DNA from: Octopus sinensis
Taxonomy: Eukaryota
DNA: 64,000 bases
Reading direction: 5' to 3'
Assembly (NCBI RefSeq): GCF_006345805.1
Contig: NC_043007.1
Coordinates: 61,442,001-61,506,000, forward strand
Shown in pieces: positions 59,043-64,000 of the stretch. Within the stretch, counting starts at the first letter, position 1. Each line of letters opens with the position of its first letter. A program made the position numbers and the translations under genes. Under the pieces are notes generated by a model. It saw only the letters and a program-made list of their open reading frames with translations. It searched no databases and was not told the DNA's origin.

Positions 59043-59468
59043 CTGAAAAAAAAAAATTGCGTACGAATTCAAGATGAAACTGAAGATTCTACAGTCATAG
59101 AATATTAAAAAAAAATATTGATCAGCTCAGCATTACACACACAATTCATAAGTATATATACAGCCATACGACGAGGGAGCCTATCATATATATATATTCC
59201 AAAATGTAACTGCATGTGGATTGTTGGCAATTTTTTTCCTCCGTCTTTTTCTTTTGGACTTACCTGTCTCCTGTAAAACACCCTTTCTTTACTTCTCTGA
59301 GCATCCTATTAATACTTAGCATGCACCACGCTCTCGCGTTGTTGTTTTTTCTCCCATTTTGTTTGATTAACAATATATATATATAATATATATATATATA
59401 TTATATATATATATATATGAATAAATAAATAAATGGAGTTGAACGAAGATGTTAATAAAATTCCTTTA

Positions 59469-59550
59469 CTTTCGACATATGTTTCGAAGACAGCATGGTT
59501 TTATTCCAAAGGAATAAACGGCGTAAGATGAAATCTTCTCACCAGGAAAG
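59469..59550 (-). ncRNA. Type I hammerhead ribozyme motif with one core substitution, in the PLE pLTR
   Basis: ctttc-CTGGTGA-gaaga...tcttc-GAA-ACATATGT-C-gaaag: stems I, II and palindromic III plus a GUC site; core A6>G. Sister copy at 63415 reads CCGATGA. Confidence 0.65.
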
Positions 59551-60014
59551 AAAGAGAGCCCCTCTCAACAACAAGATATTATAACATTTACGATGGCTGC
59601 CTACATGATAAACAGAACGTTATTAAGTATTTAAAATTTCCCCCCTACCTTTATAAATAATACCACGTACAATTCAAAAGTCACTAGGAACAGTATCTGG
59701 TTCATAATCCCATTTGGGAAACAAATTAAATCGAACCTTCCTTTGCAATTCTGTGAAGCGGTTGCTAGGAACTTTCAAAAAAATTCTAGATATTATTCTA
59801 TTATCAACTCCCACAAAGTTAGAATCGCTTACTCCAACACTAAGAATCTCTCACAAATTATATCTTCTCACAATACCAATCTGCTAAATAAAAGTTCTTT
59901 ATCCGGGAGTTCCAACATTAATCAATCTTGTTAATTCCAACCCCTCATACAATTATAATAATTCGAATAATAATAATAATAGTATTAATAATATTAATAA
60001 TAATAATAATAATA

Positions 60015-60070
<56 letters not shown>

Positions 60071-62562
60071 CAATTCTTTTTTATTGGCCACAAGGGCTGA
60101 CACGCATGATTACATAAAGGGACAAGACAGGACGAAAGGTTACAAAGGGTTTTGCCGTTTTTTTTAAAAACATCGAGTAAAAATCTTTATAACAACTTAT
60201 AAAATTCAACAATGAAAAACTCCCAAAAGGGGGAGACGTCTCGAAAGGTTCCTGGTGGAAAAAACCCTAGAAAAGCCAACGGGAGCCTGGTCAAAAAAAG
60301 GGGGTGTAGAGAGTCCCCTTTCTTCTCCTTTTACATTACCTTTTTCTTTGAAATCACAGGCGAAACCTGAGAACTGGTCCATTTATACAGGCCAGTCTCG
60401 CACAATTCACCCACCTTTCATAAAACTTGCCATCGGACAGCACTTTCCTCTCTAACCTCATCTTCCTTTTCAAGTGAAACTTGAAAAAGTTGATGAGGCC
60501 TTGACCAAAGAGGAAAGTGTCTGACTTTAGCCCTTTCAAACGAGTCCACCACACGACTTCTTTCGCCACAGCCACAAGGCACAAGAAAACGGCCTCGCCC
60601 TCCTTGTTAAAGGAGGTCGGCGGGGCAATCTTCACTATGGATTCGGCCGATAGTCGGATCCGTCCTACACGTGACAGTAGCTGTTCGACATAAACCCATA
60701 TTTCAGCAATACTCGGGCACTGAACGAGTGCGTGCAGAACGGTTTCGTCGTCCTGGCAACACCTCGGGCAGGCCCGGCTGACGGCACTTCCGTGCCGGTA
60801 GAGTTTATCTCGAACAGGCAGAGCCCCTCGGTAGCACTGCCAGGCGAGAGACCTCTGGAAATTATCCATTGGCCCCGGCCCGAAAGTCCTCCCGAACAGA
60901 CCGCTCAGTTCGTCGTCTTCAACGCCTAGAGTTTCCCCGAGAACGTCGTCGCATTTTTCCTCCACTAACCCTCTATAGAACGCTAGAGTGGAGCTGTAAC
61001 CGACCGCATTGCCCGCCTGGCGGAGGGCGGAGAGGGCTTGACGGCACTCGAGGTGCCAAGCGCCCTTTCTCGGTCTACGTTTGATCCAGGTCTGCAGCTC
61101 CGTCAAAGAGACGAGCTGCGGAAAATCGCGTCTGACAAAAGACGACCACACCTGTTCACCGTCTAGGAAGCGCTTGAGATGCCGCAGCCTGAGCGCATGT
61201 CTGCGCAACAGCAACCACGGCATTCCAAGGCCTCCGTTCAGCGGTCGTTGACAGCAGATGGATCGCCTGACCAGTGGCACCTGACCCTTCCACAAAAGTC
61301 GAAGAGCAGGCGTACCAGCTTGGCCAACCAGCGGTCGGGACAAGGGACGACGGTCAAGCGGTAATAGATGACGGATGCGATGTACGCATTCGCCACCTCC
61401 GCTCGACCTTTCAGGGACAGCTTCCTCTCGGCCCATTTCTGGGTGAGACGTGCCACCCTGCTCGTCACCTCTTCCCAGTTCTTATCCACCTGGAGGTCCG
61501 GACCGAACCAGACCCCGAGCAGTTTAACGGGTCCGTCTGTCCAGCGCCCTACGACGCTGTTGGACGGCATGGGCTTGCCTCTCCAGGTGCCCAGTTGCAA
61601 GCCCACAGACTTTTCCGCGTTAATCTTTGCCCCTGTCACCGCTTCGTACTGGTTTAGCGTCTCGCCAATCAGGCCAATGTGCCTGTGGCTCGACACCACC
61701 ACGGTGACGTCGTCGGCATAAGCAGACACGCTGTTTCCGCCTCCTAGATCGCGCGGGATGCCCCTCAAAGCCTCCAACTTGCGCAGTAATGGCTCGAGAG
61801 TCAAAATGTACAAGAGGGAGGAGAGAGGGCATCCTTGGCGGACCGAACGCGAGATGTCGAACGGTTCCGAAAGGTGACCGTTCACCCGTATCACCGAGCA
61901 GATGTTGCTGTATAAAGCAGCGATCCACCCGCGGAAGACTGGACCGAAGCCGGCTGCCTTGAGGACAGCTGCCAGGTACCGATGGTCGACCCTATCGAAG
62001 GCTTTACTCTGATCCATGTTGATCAAAGCCCCACCCGCGCCAGCGTCGTTACCCACCCTCTCTATGATGTAGCGCATGAGATGGAGGTTGTCGTGTATCG
62101 ACCTGGTCGGCACGGCGCATGTCTGCGTCCCGCCGACCAGCTTGTCCACGACAAGCGCCAATCTCTTGGCTAGCACCTTGGCCAAAATCTTCAACTCTGC
62201 ATTGAGCAGAGTGATGGGCCGGAAATTCCCTATAACGTCCCCCTTGTTTGGGTCCTTCTTTAGCAAAGCCACCACCCCTCGACAGACAAAAGCAGGAATT
62301 CTCCCGTTTTGCTGCCAGTTGCAGTAGACGTTTGCCAACAGGTCCGCAAACAAGTCTGGCATTGAAAAGTAAAGCTCGTAGGGCAGACCATCCAAACCCG
62401 GCGATCTACCTCTCGTGCAACTCTTCATCGCTTCCTGTACTTCCCAGGCAGATATCGGTCCTTCGCAGCACTCTGCCTCGCTGTCCGAGAGTTGCGGCAG
62501 TCCGTCCAGGTACACACCGAAGTCTGTACCGTTGGTGTCCGTTCCACCGCTCGTCCCAAAAC
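60071..62562 (-). mobile_element. 5'-truncated Tx1/L1-clade LINE (RT + zf-RVT)
   Basis: GRSPGLDGLPYELY, NFRPITLLN, DQSKAFDRVDH, SVRQGCPLS, AYADDVT, CPRCCQDDETVLHALVQCP. One frameshift near 61270; 3' UTR with AATAAA, then (ATT)n. Confidence 0.92.
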
Positions 62563-62647
62563 GGTATTATGGTTGATAATAATATTAATTGTATTAACAA
62601 TAGTAGTAATAGTAGTAGTAGTAGTAATAATAATAATAATAATAATA

Positions 62648-62686
<39 letters not shown>

Positions 62687-63440
62687 GTATTATTAATAAT
62701 AATTATAATAATAATAATCGTAGCAATAAAAACTTGGTTTCGATCTCTGAGGAAAATCCCAACAGAATTAAATTTTTGTCTAATAACTCTAAGATCAAGA
62801 ATTCTATATACCAGTGTAAAATTTCTTTGGTACCGATGTCTCATTCTATATAGGCGCGTCCACTTCCCAATTATCCATTTAGGGATAGCAGAAAACGCCA
62901 CAGGGCTAAGTAAATTAGTTTGGCGTCTTAAAGACAACAATATAGATTTTAAGTTAGATTGGTTCATACTGTCCGTATCTTTTCCTTACGATAAGGGCAA
63001 GAGAGTTTGTAACATTTGCAACTCTGAACTCTTCCATATTCTCTTCTCGAAGAATCCCCTTGTAAACACACTTATGGAGAGATCGTACAAATGTAAACAC
63101 TGGCAGAAACATACATTTTACTCATATAAGTGATTTCGCCAGTCATTATAGTTTGAACAATTAGTTTAACTTGCACTTCACTTCAATAGAGGAATTTTTT
63201 CCTAAGCCTTTGAACATTCTTTTAATCAACGTATCCCTCTCTCTCTATTTGTTTCCTAATTACTACCCCTTTAACCCTTCTCCTCCTTCTATCTGCCTTT
63301 GACGTCAAATCTACTAACGGTTTTTTTAAATACTTAATAACGTTCTGTTTATCATTTAGGCAGCCATCGTAAATATTATAATGTCTTATTGTTGAGAGAG
63401 GCTCTCTTTCTTTCCCGATGAGAAGATTGCATCTTACACC

Positions 63441-63484
<44 letters not shown>

Positions 63485-63849
63485 TGAGATCCTCTTCGGT
63501 CATGACTGGCCGTGGGATTGCAGCTAGAAAGTTACTCTCCCAGGCACAAGTCCGGGCAAGATTGTTTATGGAAGACCAGCAGTCGCCCATGCATACCGGC
63601 CTCTCCTCTCCACGCCACCAGTGTTATCCAAAGGAAAGGCAACACCAGATACAGCTTGGCACCTGTGACGTCGCAACTCATTTCTACAGCTGAGTAAACT
63701 GGAGCAACGTGAAATAAAGTGTCTTGCTCAAGAGCACAACACGCAGCCCGGTCCGGGATTCGAACTCACAACCTCGTAAGCTCGACGCTCTAACCACTGA
63801 GCCATGCGCCTTCACACACACACACACACTCACACATACACACACACAC

Positions 63850-63898
<49 letters not shown>

Positions 63899-64000
63899 TG
63901 TTTACTAAGAAAAAGAATTGACTACAATTTTTTCCAATTAGGCATGGCTCTGTGTTTGATGTATTTTAGGAGATTCTTTCACAACCATTCAATTTCTGGT

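Larger units (their letters stand above)
59420..63445 (+). mobile_element. Penelope-like element split by a Tx1 LINE, with an inverted 5' pLTR copy
   Basis: 59650-59930 (HKVRIAYSNTKNLSQIISSHN) continues after the LINE at 62720-63130 (NSIYQC...LSKLVWRLKDNNIDFKLDW...CNICNSE). 59520-59640 is the inverse of 63330-63445. Confidence 0.75.

Overview
AT-rich, microsatellite-dense animal DNA; the SINE and Penelope repertoire suggests an octopus or other cephalopod (inference). The main feature is one minus-strand gene region with 18 short exons between 567 and 59042 (14 x 147 bp, plus 144, 156, 168 and 171 bp). All are phase 1-1 and open, and each encodes one six-cysteine module: C-x-Y-x-G-K-x-Y-x-x-G-x-x-F-x4-C-N-x-C-x-C-K-x2-G-x3-C-[TS]-x-K-x-C. 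This has a VWC_out-type N-terminal half and a pacifastin-type C-terminal half. Sixteen modules have Glu at the pacifastin P1-equivalent position; two near the 3' end have Arg or Lys. Spliced together they give about 900 aa. No start, signal peptide or stop exon is visible, so the gene probably runs past both edges. The array shows birth-and-death evolution: a recent 4x amplification of a ~325-bp exon unit, a destroyed exon remnant, an exon with a lost acceptor and an in-frame cryptic AG, and a likely gene-conversion tract. Introns hold a CR1-group LINE, Tx1/L1 LINEs, Penelope-like elements with decayed hammerheads, Helitrons, Tc1/mariners, a full-length Chapaev3-like element, a solo LTR, tRNA-SINEs and several long palindromes. 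Most ORFs in the supplied track are microsatellite artefacts.
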